DNA from: an uncultured Gammaproteobacteria bacterium
Lineage (GTDB): Bacteria; Patescibacteriota; Microgenomatia; UBA8517
Assembly: GCA_964599625.1 (NCBI GenBank)
Contig: CAZRGC010000005.1
Location: 99,886 to 163,885, forward strand
DNA: 64,000 nt
Reading direction: 5' to 3'
This document shows positions 1 to 9,201 of the stretch, piece by piece. How positions within the stretch are numbered: the first letter of the stretch is position 1; the number at the start of each line of letters is the position of its first letter. A program made the translations under genes and the position numbers. Below the pieces are notes generated by a model. It worked only from the letters and a program-made list of their open reading frames with translations, had not been told where the DNA came from and did not search any database.

Positions 1-422
1 GCAATCGGAACCGGACGTTCCTCTCTCAATTTGGCGTGCTCTGCTCTATAAAGAATATACTGTTTTGCTGCTTCAAATTCTTCAGAAGACTGGAGAACTA
101 ACTCAACTATATCTTGTACTTGTTCAACAGTAGGTTCTTTGTATCTAGCTGAGACAATATTAACAACTCTTTGGGTAAGATCGATCACAGAAGATTTGGG
201 TTCAGTTCCAAAGCTTTTGAAACATCTGTCTATGGCATTTAGAATCTTTTGGGGATCAAATTCTTGTTTTCTGCCGTCTCTTTTGACTATTGTTGTTGGC
301 CAGGGTAGTGTTGTGCGGCCGTTTACATGATCCAATTCTTTAGCTTTTGGATCAACTTTCAGAGCTTTTTTTGGCCTCCCTAGCTTTTGTTTTTTAATTG
401 TTTGTATTTGTTCTTCAGACAT
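1..422 (-). CDS. Ribonucleotide reductase, N-terminal ATP-cone region (partial; ORF runs off the window start)
   Basis: Minus-strand reading frame open to the window edge. Translation reads MSEEQIQTIKK...TTIVKRDGRKQEFDPQKILNAIDRCFKSF, which matches the ATP-cone of NrdA/NrdD/NrdJ. ATG at 420-422. Sits directly downstream of nrdR on the same strand. Not in the ORF track because it has no in-window stop. Confidence 0.6.
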   Translation of the reverse strand, partial: MSEEQIQTIKKQKLGRPKKALKVDPKAKELDHVNGRTTLPWPTTIVKRDGRKQEFDPQKILNAIDRCFKSFGTEPKSSVIDLTQRVVNIVSARYKEPTVEQVQDIVELVLQSSEEFEAAKQYILYRAEHAKLREERPVPI

Positions 423-505
423 TTTTATATTTACTTTTCAACAACAGATTTCAAGAGCCTTACAACAAATTGTAAGTGCGATTGAACCTGGTGCTACAGA
501 AATTC

Positions 506-946
506 CTATTTCTCTATAGCTTTCTCAAAATCGCTCAAATCCTCAAACTCCAGATAGACACTTGCAAACCTTAACCATGCCACCTTGTCTATTTTTTTCA
601 GTCTTTTCAAAATTGCGCTTCCAATCTTTCTTGAAACCACTTCCTGCTTCTCACTCCTCAAAAGTTCTCTTTCTACTTGATCGGTAATCTCGTCAACCAA
701 ATCAAGTGATATAGGTCTTTTTTCTATAGCTCTTAGAATTCCCCTTTTAACTTTCTCTTTTTCAAAAACCTCGCGCCTTCCGTCTTTTTTTACCACCCAC
801 AAAAAATTCTTTTTAACTTCCTCGTGTGTGGTAAATCTTTTTCCACACTTTCCACAAAGTCTGCGGCGCCTTATAGCACACCCCTCTTCCATATCTCTTG
901 ATTCCAAAACACTTGTATCTCCGGCTTTGCAAAATGGACAACGCAT
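506..946 (-). CDS. nrdR: Transcriptional repressor NrdR
   Basis: MRCPFCKAGDTSVLESR zinc ribbon followed by an ATP-cone (VVKKDGRREVFEKEKV). The ORF-track start at 961 is a TTG; the ATG at 946 gives the canonical MRCPFC N-terminus. Confidence 0.85.
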   Translation of the reverse strand: MRCPFCKAGDTSVLESRDMEEGCAIRRRRLCGKCGKRFTTHEEVKKNFLWVVKKDGRREVFEKEKVKRGILRAIEKRPISLDLVDEITDQVERELLRSEKQEVVSRKIGSAILKRLKKIDKVAWLRFASVYLEFEDLSDFEKAIEK

Positions 947-1187
947 ATTTTTAATGGGCAAAAGCTATTTCACGAATGTAAACTATTTACGCTACATCTA
1001 GTGACGATGTTCATTGTTAAACACTACATCTGTAACGTCAACTAATAAGTTATGTGTCAAAACATATCAGCTTAGGCAAGCCACATGCCTGTGATTTTAA
1101 TAATTCCTGAAGTTTCTGCGGAAATATTACAAGTGGGGTAAAACCAACCTTTTAAAAACGTTATATAAAAATAAGCGTTATATAAAA

Positions 1188-1814
1188 TTAATCCCCATTA
1201 AACGGGTTTTTTGGGGTGGCAATCCCTTTGGAATTTAGGACATCCCTTGCAGCTTTATAAGCATTCTTTGAATAGTCCTCAACCTTAACCATTTCAGGTT
1301 TTGCATCCTCAGGTGAAAGTGGTATCAGCTCTTCAATCACTTGTCTATGCTTAAGGGTCGCCACAATAAACTTTTTGAGAAAATGAGTAGTATCTACCCC
1401 CCCCTGTCTAGCCTTCTCTTCTTCAACTTTGGCGATTTCAAGATACTTTTCCCCTTTAGACAACGTCGAAAAAGCAAGATCTGGTTTTTTTGCTTCAAAA
1501 AGCTTTTTGCTTTCCAAAAGGCGCTTGTCTGAATATAAAAGCGAGAGCTCGGCCTTCTTTAGATGATTTTGGACTACAACGTAAACTATCCTGTCTCTCA
1601 AAGCCTTAACCACCCAAAGCGGGCTGTCGGGTGAGACTTTGCCCGGATAAGGAAGTTCGTATTCCACAACGGGTATTTTAGGAGCAATAGGCGTGGATGT
1701 AGGTGTGGGCACAGCAAAAACGTACGAAACCGAAGCTGATTCAAACATAGAAACCGAAAGAATACCGAAAGCTGCGACAAAAACTACTACTCCGAGTAAA
1801 AATTTTCTCTGCAT
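1188..1814 (-). CDS. Hypothetical membrane-anchored/secreted protein (N-terminal TM helix, coiled-coil-like remainder; DUF5667-like architecture)
   Basis: 208-aa ORF with a hydrophobic N-terminus LLGVVVFVAAFGILSV. No recognisable catalytic motif. Confidence 0.4.
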   Translation of the reverse strand: MQRKFLLGVVVFVAAFGILSVSMFESASVSYVFAVPTPTSTPIAPKIPVVEYELPYPGKVSPDSPLWVVKALRDRIVYVVVQNHLKKAELSLLYSDKRLLESKKLFEAKKPDLAFSTLSKGEKYLEIAKVEEEKARQGGVDTTHFLKKFIVATLKHRQVIEELIPLSPEDAKPEMVKVEDYSKNAYKAARDVLNSKGIATPKNPFNGD

Positions 1815-1851
1815 ATCGCAGATGTAATGGTAATTCTGTACTCAAATTAAG

Positions 1852-2829
1852 TCAAGGTTGCGGATTGAAGTTGGGGTATCTTTTCCAAATAACGGCCTGC
1901 AAGTATATATTGAGTGTAGATACCGCCTGTTCTGTGAATTCAACTTCAAAAATATTTTTTGCCGTTCCAGATCCGAAAATGCTATCAATGTCTTTTACAA
2001 GATTAAATCTTGCCTTGGGGTCCTTCCTGCCTTCAATAAGTTTTTTTCTGATTTCATTTCTCCCCCGCAAGCCATCCTTAGCTTCGGCCCCCTTGCAAAT
2101 CAAATCTATGAGATTGAGAGCCTCTTTGTAGTTTTCCTTGGAATACATATTCACAACATCAATGGAATGCTTCTTTGCTCCTGTTAGTATCTTTTTCATT
2201 ACTCCAGAAAACCCCTCGGTGAGAGCTGTTCCAAAGAGTTCAACTCCAAACTCCTCGTTGCGGATCTTTGCAACTGCCGGATCTTTTGAATTTGCCACAA
2301 AGTCGATAGCATTCATTTGAACCAAACCCTCTTCAAGAACCCGTCCCCTAAACTCCCCCGCCGCGGTTGCGGTACTATATCCGATTTGATGGGCAATCTG
2401 GGGACGTTGTTTTTGTTCTCGGGAATATACCTTTACTGTCTTTCCCAAAGAGTGTTCCATTTCGTGATGCATACTAAGAAGTTCAATGAGTGTCATTTTC
2501 CTGGACACATGAATCATGGATGCATAGTGTTCAGGGTTAAATTCTCCTTGTGAAGAGTATGGAAGTCGTCCCTGAGGTATTAGAAATATGGGCGGCATTT
2601 TATTTACCGCCTCCATTCCATAAATCCTTCTAAGGTTGGCTCTGCACGCCTCAAGCGGCTTTGCATATTCAGGACTACCGGAAACATCCATTGCCGCGAG
2701 CTCTTCCCTTTTTCTAAGTCGCAGTTCGTTTGCAACAGTTTCAGGGTTTCTTTTACCACGAAATTCTGCTGGTTTTTTGTCATAGAACGATCTTGTAAAA
2801 ACAAAATCGCCATCCTTACCGGGTTCCAT
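1852..2829 (-). CDS. Hypothetical protein with HExxH zinc-metallopeptidase-like motif
   Basis: ORF trimmed to the internal ATG (MEPGKDGD) because the upstream part overlaps the CPBP gene. Contains LLSMHHEMEHSLG (HExxH). No other family assignment possible by eye. Confidence 0.4.
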   Translation of the reverse strand: MEPGKDGDFVFTRSFYDKKPAEFRGKRNPETVANELRLRKREELAAMDVSGSPEYAKPLEACRANLRRIYGMEAVNKMPPIFLIPQGRLPYSSQGEFNPEHYASMIHVSRKMTLIELLSMHHEMEHSLGKTVKVYSREQKQRPQIAHQIGYSTATAAGEFRGRVLEEGLVQMNAIDFVANSKDPAVAKIRNEEFGVELFGTALTEGFSGVMKKILTGAKKHSIDVVNMYSKENYKEALNLIDLICKGAEAKDGLRGRNEIRKKLIEGRKDPKARFNLVKDIDSIFGSGTAKNIFEVEFTEQAVSTLNIYLQAVIWKRYPNFNPQP

Positions 2830-2851
2830 TAATAGATAATACTCCAAAAAT

Positions 2852-3517
2852 TTATCTGAATAGAATAATTGGCCACTCCCAAAGGACATGAAGAAGGATG
2901 GAGCTAAGAATATTCTGAGTCTTACCGTAAACAAATGCCGCACCTAAGCCAAAGATTGCAGTTAGGAAAAGATAAATTAGGCCCGCAGCCAAATCCAATT
3001 TCCAAACAAAAAATGCAATTGGTATATGAATCGCAGTCCAAAGTGTTGTGGTAACCATATTTGCAATCCACTCATTTTTAGTAAAAGCCCAAAGACGCGT
3101 AAACACATAACCCCTGAACGCAGTCTCTTCAGAAAAAGCCGTTGCAAACGAAAGACCCAAAGAAACCATTATTGGGTCAGGGCCTATATTTGCACCAAAA
3201 TGAAATCCTTTGTACTTAAGAAAATTGGTTAAAACAGCCTCCATCACAAAAATCGCCCCAAGACCAATTGAAAGGTATACAGCCGGGAACAAGTTTTTTA
3301 AAGTAAAACCCAACGAAGCAAACCCAAGCCGCTCTTTCTTGAAAACAAAATACAATATTGGCAAAAGCCAAAGTACAGGCTTGATAAAAAGTTCCTCAAC
3401 CTGACTTGGGAGTTGAAATAAGAATCTGTAGAACCCCCAAACAACAATTAAGTATGCGCTATAACCTACCGCATTTTTTACGTAACTATCTTTTTGGGTA
3501 GTTTTTACAGTAGCCAT
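2852..3517 (-). CDS. CPBP family intramembrane metalloprotease (CAAX protease / Abi domain)
   Basis: Multi-TM protein with the CPBP motifs EExxxR (FSEETAFRGY), FxxxH (TTLWTAIHIP) and HxxxN-like (ILLHVLWEW). Confidence 0.75.
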   Translation of the reverse strand: MATVKTTQKDSYVKNAVGYSAYLIVVWGFYRFLFQLPSQVEELFIKPVLWLLPILYFVFKKERLGFASLGFTLKNLFPAVYLSIGLGAIFVMEAVLTNFLKYKGFHFGANIGPDPIMVSLGLSFATAFSEETAFRGYVFTRLWAFTKNEWIANMVTTTLWTAIHIPIAFFVWKLDLAAGLIYLFLTAIFGLGAAFVYGKTQNILSSILLHVLWEWPIILFR

Positions 3518-3552
3518 CTACATTAATAGTACAACAAAATCATGTGGAAAAA

Positions 3553-4077
3553 TCAACTTCGTGAACCATTGATTTTACAGCCCCTGAAAGAGGTATCAAT
3601 TGCATCCACTATCATTTTGATCCTCTCCTCTGCCTCCAATAGATTAATGGCGTTTTTCTCGTTCGGAAACCAGTGGAATATAACATTTCGGGATTCCTTC
3701 CATGTTTCCCAAAGCTTCTCTGCAACTTCTTTTCCCTGACAATGGTCCACTATTTTGTCATATACCCCTTCCCTTCTTATCTCTTTTTCCAAAGAAGGAT
3801 TCAGGGCTTTCCCAATCCTGAATCTTTTGCCAAAGTAGTCTTCATCAGTTATAAATCCAAGGTCAAGAAAAAGTTTTTTCAGGAAGCCCTCAAAAGCTTT
3901 AGCGGCAGGAAAAACTACAAAAGAGTAGTCATGAAACTCACGTCTGGCACCGGGAAGGTCGGCACCCATACCCTTAAGTGTTCTCAAAAGAAGTTGAGAC
4001 TCATAAAGAAGTTCCTGAATATCACTCTCCACATAGTTCCACCATACTCTATCTTCTAGATTTTCCAAAGCTTCCAT
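3553..4077 (-). CDS. Hypothetical protein, possible HEPN-like fold (Rx4H motif)
   Basis: 174-aa soluble, mostly alpha-helical-looking protein. C-proximal RNVIFH fits the HEPN Rx4-6H signature. Tightly packed behind the CPBP gene (35-nt gap). Confidence 0.3.
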   Translation of the reverse strand: MEALENLEDRVWWNYVESDIQELLYESQLLLRTLKGMGADLPGARREFHDYSFVVFPAAKAFEGFLKKLFLDLGFITDEDYFGKRFRIGKALNPSLEKEIRREGVYDKIVDHCQGKEVAEKLWETWKESRNVIFHWFPNEKNAINLLEAEERIKMIVDAIDTSFRGCKINGSRS

Positions 4078-4147
4078 AAAATTATATTTAAAAAGATTGT
4101 ATCAAAAAGTTTGCGGGGTACTCCATGTATAATATAATTCAGATTTC

Positions 4148-6370
4148 ATGAAAAAATTTTTCTCTGCCTTGGTGTTAAAAATCAAACACGAGTTTGGCTC
4201 TACCTATGGGCGGAAAAGAATAATATTCTTTGGAACTGTTATTGGTTTTTCACTATATTTTCTTTGGGGAATACCACTTCCCACCAAATTAACATCGCAG
4301 GAGCTTCCTGTATCTACCAAAATATTCGATAGAAACGGAAGCCTGGTCTATGAAATTTACGCTGATAAAAAGAGAGCTCCCGTAAAACTTGAGGATCTAC
4401 CCAAACAAGTCAAGGAGGCTACAATTTCGATTGAAGACAAAGATTTTTACAAACACCAGGGTTTTTCTATGACTGGAATTATAAGAGCGGTCTACAATAC
4501 CGTTTTCAAACGAGATCTGCAGGGTGGCTCCACCATTTCTCAGCAGTTGGTCAAAAATGCACTCCTGACACAGGAGAGAACCATCAGAAGAAAAGCACAG
4601 GAAGTGGTTCTGACTATTGTTATAGAAGGAATTTATACAAAAAACCAAATTCTAGAAATGTACTTGAATACTATACCTTATGGAGGAACTGCATACGGAG
4701 TTGAAAGTGCCAGTGAAACTTACTTCAACAAACCAGCCAAAGACTTAAATCTTGCAGAAGCCGCACTTTTGGCAGGGCTTCCACAAAGACCATCCAGCTA
4801 CTCCCCATTTGGTGCACATCCGGAACTTGCCAAAGCAAGGCAACAGGAAGTTCTCAAACAAATGGTACTTAATAAATATATCAGCCAGGAAGAAGCCGAC
4901 AAAGCCAATCAAGAGACTTTAAAATATGCAGATATCAAACCTCCACAAGCTCCGCATTTTGCACTTTGGATTAAAGAACAGCTGGCTGACAAATATGGCG
5001 AGAAGGTTGTCGAACAAGGAGGTCTAAGGGTTCATACAACATTGGACCTTGAAGTACAAAAATTTGCCCAAGAGGCGGTGGCTTCAGAAGTCGCCAAACT
5101 TAAAAAACAAAAGGTAGGAAACGGCGCAGCTATAGTTACCCGTCCCGCAACTGGGGAAATTTTAGCAATGGTTGGCTCTAAAGATTACTTTGCAACAGAT
5201 GAAGACGGAAAAGTTAATGTTATTCTTTCCAAGCGCCAGCCGGGAAGTTCGATAAAACCACTTAATTACGCACTTGCAATAAAAGAGAGAAAAATAACTG
5301 CAGCAACATCATTTGCAGACATCCCCACCTGTTTTAGTGTAGCCGGACAACCACCGTATTGTCCGGTCAACTACGACGGCGGGTATCATGGACTTACTCA
5401 AACAAGGTTTGCCCTGGGCAACTCTTTCAACATCCCCGCTGTCAAAGCTCTTGCGCTAAACGGTGTCGATCACTTTATCAACTTCGCAACCCAAATGGGA
5501 ATTACCACTCTGGAAGATCCAACCAGATATGGTCTTTCTCTAACACTTGGCGGCGGCGAAGTAAGACCATATGACATGGCTCAAGCTTTTGGAGTTTTTG
5601 CAAATCAAGGAATAAAGGAGCCTTTGATTGCAATTACAAAAGTTGAAGATTGGAAAGGAAACGTCATGGAAGAACACAACCCAGCAAAAACAAAACTAAC
5701 CGGCGAAAGAGTTTTGGACCCGGATGTTACTTTCGTCATATCACACATACTTTACGACAATAATGCCAGAAGCCAGGCTTTTGGCACCAGCTCATTTCTG
5801 AACGTCAAAGGCCATCCGGAAGTATCAGTCAAAACCGGAACAACAAATGACAGACGAGACAACTGGACAATTGGATACACCCCCAGCGTTGTTGTAGTCA
5901 CCTGGGTGGGAAACAACGACAACACACCAATGAGCGGGGCTGTATCGGGAGTAAGCGGAGCCTCCCCCATTTGGAATAAAATTGTAAAGTTTGTTTTGGA
6001 CAAATCGGAAAAAGGCGGTTATGAGCAGACTGAAAAAGGACACTCCTGGATTAAACAACCGGACAGCGTGGTAGGAGCCACAATTTGCGCAGACACCGGC
6101 GGAATTCCGGGCGCAGATCCGCTTAACCCTGGCTGCCCTACAAGATTTGAATATTTTCTTAAAGACACCCTTCCAAAAGGCAATTTGGTAAATAACCAAG
6201 ATATATGGATATTTAATGACACTGGACAAATGGCACCTCAATCGGCCGCTCCCGAACAAGTTCACACCGAAAACAGGCCTATTTATCAGGACCCGACAGG
6301 GGCAATGTATTGTATAAATTGTCCGGTAGCAAGCTCTTCAGGAACTATTAAATATCCGGTGGTTCAATGA
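4148..6370 (+). CDS. Penicillin-binding protein 1A (bifunctional GT51 transglycosylase / transpeptidase)
   Basis: N-terminal TM helix. GT51 motifs EDKDFYKHQGFS and QGGSTISQQLVKN. Transpeptidase SxxK (PGSSIKP) and KTGT motif. Confidence 0.85.
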   Translation: MKKFFSALVLKIKHEFGSTYGRKRIIFFGTVIGFSLYFLWGIPLPTKLTSQELPVSTKIFDRNGSLVYEIYADKKRAPVKLEDLPKQVKEATISIEDKDFYKHQGFSMTGIIRAVYNTVFKRDLQGGSTISQQLVKNALLTQERTIRRKAQEVVLTIVIEGIYTKNQILEMYLNTIPYGGTAYGVESASETYFNKPAKDLNLAEAALLAGLPQRPSSYSPFGAHPELAKARQQEVLKQMVLNKYISQEEADKANQETLKYADIKPPQAPHFALWIKEQLADKYGEKVVEQGGLRVHTTLDLEVQKFAQEAVASEVAKLKKQKVGNGAAIVTRPATGEILAMVGSKDYFATDEDGKVNVILSKRQPGSSIKPLNYALAIKERKITAATSFADIPTCFSVAGQPPYCPVNYDGGYHGLTQTRFALGNSFNIPAVKALALNGVDHFINFATQMGITTLEDPTRYGLSLTLGGGEVRPYDMAQAFGVFANQGIKEPLIAITKVEDWKGNVMEEHNPAKTKLTGERVLDPDVTFVISHILYDNNARSQAFGTSSFLNVKGHPEVSVKTGTTNDRRDNWTIGYTPSVVVVTWVGNNDNTPMSGAVSGVSGASPIWNKIVKFVLDKSEKGGYEQTEKGHSWIKQPDSVVGATICADTGGIPGADPLNPGCPTRFEYFLKDTLPKGNLVNNQDIWIFNDTGQMAPQSAAPEQVHTENRPIYQDPTGAMYCINCPVASSSGTIKYPVVQ

Positions 6371-6413
6371 GTATATTGTTCCAAAACCAGACTCGAGCTG
6401 TTAGAATACCCCA

Positions 6414-8828
6414 GTGCCTAAGAAAGCCACAAAAAATACCAATGTCAAACCTGCCAAAAAGTCTAAAACCAAGGTAAAAAGCATTCCTGAAAAGGTGCTC
6501 ATTGCTCTTGGAAAACCTTTCTTTTTGTTAATAGAGAAAGTTTTTATTTTAGTCTTCTTTTTAACAAACACATTATTCAGATATCTGGGTGAAGTAAATA
6601 TTCATCGTCTTTCCTTACCAAAATTCAAGATTCGCAATAAGGTTAAAACAACAAAAAAACAAGCGACCCGCAATCCCCTATCTACATCAATTAAATTAAA
6701 AATACTCAGACTCGATCTGTGGGAATTGTGGTTTATACAGAAGATTAATAAATTTTCGTCAAGATTTGCTGAGGTTATTGGAAATACTTTTAAAAACACT
6801 AAAATTGCGGTAGCGATTGTTGCCTCATTGGTTTTTGTTTCATATTTATATTTTGGAATACTCAAAGATTTACCATCCCCTAAAAAACTTACAGATAGAA
6901 CTCAGGAAGTCTCAACTAAAATATATGACAGAAACGGAATACTTCTTTATAAAATATATAAAGACCAAAATAGGACAGTAGTTCCACTTACATCTATACC
7001 CACACACGTCAGGATGGCAACCCTGGCTGCGGAGGATGCCGAATTTTACAACCACCCAGGCTTTTCTATAAAGGGCATACTTCGTGCTATTGGCCAAAAC
7101 ATACAAAATAAGTCACTTCAAGGAGGTTCAACAATCACACAGCAACTGGTCAAAAACGTACTTCTCACCCCAGAGCGTACGATATCCCGAAAGATAAAGG
7201 AATTAATACTCTCAATTGAAGTCGAGACCAACTACACAAAGGATAAAATCCTGGAAATGTACCTTAACGAGGTTAGCTACGGAGGCACTGCTTATGGAAT
7301 CGAGTCCGCTTCGGAATATTACTTTGGCAAAAACGTTGACGAGTTGTCTATCGCAGAAGCTGCTTTTTTGGCAGGTCTGCCCAAAAGCCCAACAACCTAC
7401 TCACCGTACGGGCCCAACCCCGAAGCTTCCGTCAACAGACAAAAAGAAGTATTGCATCTTATGAAGGTTAATAAGTTTATAAGTGAAGACGCAGAGACAA
7501 CTGCTTTAAACGAGGAACTTATTCTCAATCCCAATAAAGGTGCTATAAAAGCCCCCCACTTTGTTATGTATATCAGGCAAATGCTTGTAGATAAATACGG
7601 AGAAGAAATTGTCGAGAAAGGTGGACTAGAGGTTATCACAAGTCTGGACATGAATATACAAGAAACAGCCGAGAAAATAGTAGCTGACGAAGTTAACAAA
7701 CTCAAAAACCTAAATGTCGGAAACGGTGCCGCACTTGTAATGAATCCCCAAACAGGAGAAGTGCTCGCAATGGTGGGCTCAAAAAACTATTTTGACACAC
7801 AAGGAGATGGCCAAGTCAATGTAATTCTTAGATTAAGACAGCCGGGTAGTTCCATAAAACTCATTAATTACGCATATGCGTTATCACACAACTACAATGC
7901 CGCAAGCATGATAGATGACTCACCAATAACCTATACCATACCAGGCTCACCTCCATATTCGCCGGTAAACTATGACGGGCAATTTGTTGGTCATGTTAGC
8001 TTGCGAAGTGCCTTTGCACAAAGCCGCAACATACCCGCAGTTAAAATATTGGCAAGTTATGGAGTGGACAAGATGTTGGAGTTGGGAGAAAAAATGGGCA
8101 TTACAACATGGGACGAACCTGGATACTATGGCCTTTCGCTTACATTGGGTGGGGGTGCAACCAAAGCAATTGATCTTGCAAAGGCATATGCTACTGTCGC
8201 CAATTCTGGAATGAGACCGGAGATCATGCCGATTCTTTCTATACACGACTACAAAGGAAAGACGCTAGAAGAAAACTTACCCAAGTCAGAAGCGATCTTG
8301 GATCCAAGAGTTGCTTTTTTACTCACAGATATACTTAAGGACAATAACGCTAGAGCCCCAGAGTTTGGCTATAACTCTTATTTGGTTGTTAAAAATCATC
8401 CGGAAGTTGCAGTAAAAACCGGCACAAGCAACGATCTGCGTGATAACTGGGCCGTTGGTTATAATCAAAATTTTTTAGTTCTTACCTGGGTTGGAAATAA
8501 CGACAACAAACCAATGAGTAGAATTGCATCCGGAGTAACAGGCGCCTCACCCATCTGGAACAAAATAATCACAGCCCTTTTGGCTGATGCGGAATCGATT
8601 GACTGGAAAGCACCTGACGGTGTAAGTAAGATAAATATTTGTCAGATAACAGGCAGCCTACCCTGCAACGGGTGTCCCACAAGACAAGAATGGTTCCTGG
8701 ATGAAAACAGGCCGAAAAGATCATGTGTTATCAACCCAACAGCCACACCGGTGGTTCCGATTAATAAAATATTGGAAGATGGTGCAAAAACCCAAGCAAC
8801 CCCACCAGGTATCAGAAGACGGCGTTAA
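6414..8828 (+). CDS. Penicillin-binding protein 1A paralog with ~150-aa Lys-rich N-terminal extension
   Basis: Motif set EDAEFYNHPGFS, QGGSTITQQLVKN, PGSSIKL, KTGTSND, about 55-60% identical to the upstream PBP over the catalytic domains. ORF-track start is GTG at 6414; no in-frame ATG before the GT domain, so the exact start is uncertain. Confidence 0.8.
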   Translation: MPKKATKNTNVKPAKKSKTKVKSIPEKVLIALGKPFFLLIEKVFILVFFLTNTLFRYLGEVNIHRLSLPKFKIRNKVKTTKKQATRNPLSTSIKLKILRLDLWELWFIQKINKFSSRFAEVIGNTFKNTKIAVAIVASLVFVSYLYFGILKDLPSPKKLTDRTQEVSTKIYDRNGILLYKIYKDQNRTVVPLTSIPTHVRMATLAAEDAEFYNHPGFSIKGILRAIGQNIQNKSLQGGSTITQQLVKNVLLTPERTISRKIKELILSIEVETNYTKDKILEMYLNEVSYGGTAYGIESASEYYFGKNVDELSIAEAAFLAGLPKSPTTYSPYGPNPEASVNRQKEVLHLMKVNKFISEDAETTALNEELILNPNKGAIKAPHFVMYIRQMLVDKYGEEIVEKGGLEVITSLDMNIQETAEKIVADEVNKLKNLNVGNGAALVMNPQTGEVLAMVGSKNYFDTQGDGQVNVILRLRQPGSSIKLINYAYALSHNYNAASMIDDSPITYTIPGSPPYSPVNYDGQFVGHVSLRSAFAQSRNIPAVKILASYGVDKMLELGEKMGITTWDEPGYYGLSLTLGGGATKAIDLAKAYATVANSGMRPEIMPILSIHDYKGKTLEENLPKSEAILDPRVAFLLTDILKDNNARAPEFGYNSYLVVKNHPEVAVKTGTSNDLRDNWAVGYNQNFLVLTWVGNNDNKPMSRIASGVTGASPIWNKIITALLADAESIDWKAPDGVSKINICQITGSLPCNGCPTRQEWFLDENRPKRSCVINPTATPVVPINKILEDGAKTQATPPGIRRRR

Positions 8829-9148
8829 TTACCAAGATCAATAGTATCGCTTCTGAAGTTTTTAAAAGCGTCCGTAAATTTGTTTTTATAATCACCCAAC
8901 CCCTTGAGCAAGTCTGGATTGTCGGCACGAAGTGTCAAAAAGACTGCAGCAAAAATAGTTACCAAAAAAGCAGTAAGAACAATCAACCTTTCTTTTTTGC
9001 CCCATGGCTTTGGCGGTTCTTTCCTTTTCTTTTTATTTTCAGGGTTTAAATCTTTTAGCTTCCTTTTAACTTTATTTTCTTCTACGGCCTCCAGATCTTC
9101 ATCTAACGGCTCTTCTTCGCCTTTTTTCTTTTTTCCAAAAATTCCCAT
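8825..9148 (-). CDS. Hypothetical small Lys/Glu-rich protein with one TM helix
   Basis: 107-aa ORF. KKKKGEEEPLDEDLE... then LIVLTAFLVTIFAAVFL hydrophobic segment. Ends back-to-back with the PBP stop. Confidence 0.35.
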   Translation of the reverse strand: MGIFGKKKKGEEEPLDEDLEAVEENKVKRKLKDLNPENKKKRKEPPKPWGKKERLIVLTAFLVTIFAAVFLTLRADNPDLLKGLGDYKNKFTDAFKNFRSDTIDLGN

Positions 9149-9201
9149 TGTGTAAAATGATTTTAGCCTTGTAACAACAATGTATCAACTGAGTTGTGGA
9201 G

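Noticed and set aside
962-1187. Possible NrdR boxes upstream of nrdR (e.g. acactacatctgt) and a cgttatataaaa x2 direct repeat
   Set aside because: The matches to the 16-bp NrdR-box palindrome are partial and not palindromic. The direct repeat is AT-rich low-complexity sequence at the end of the neighbouring gene.
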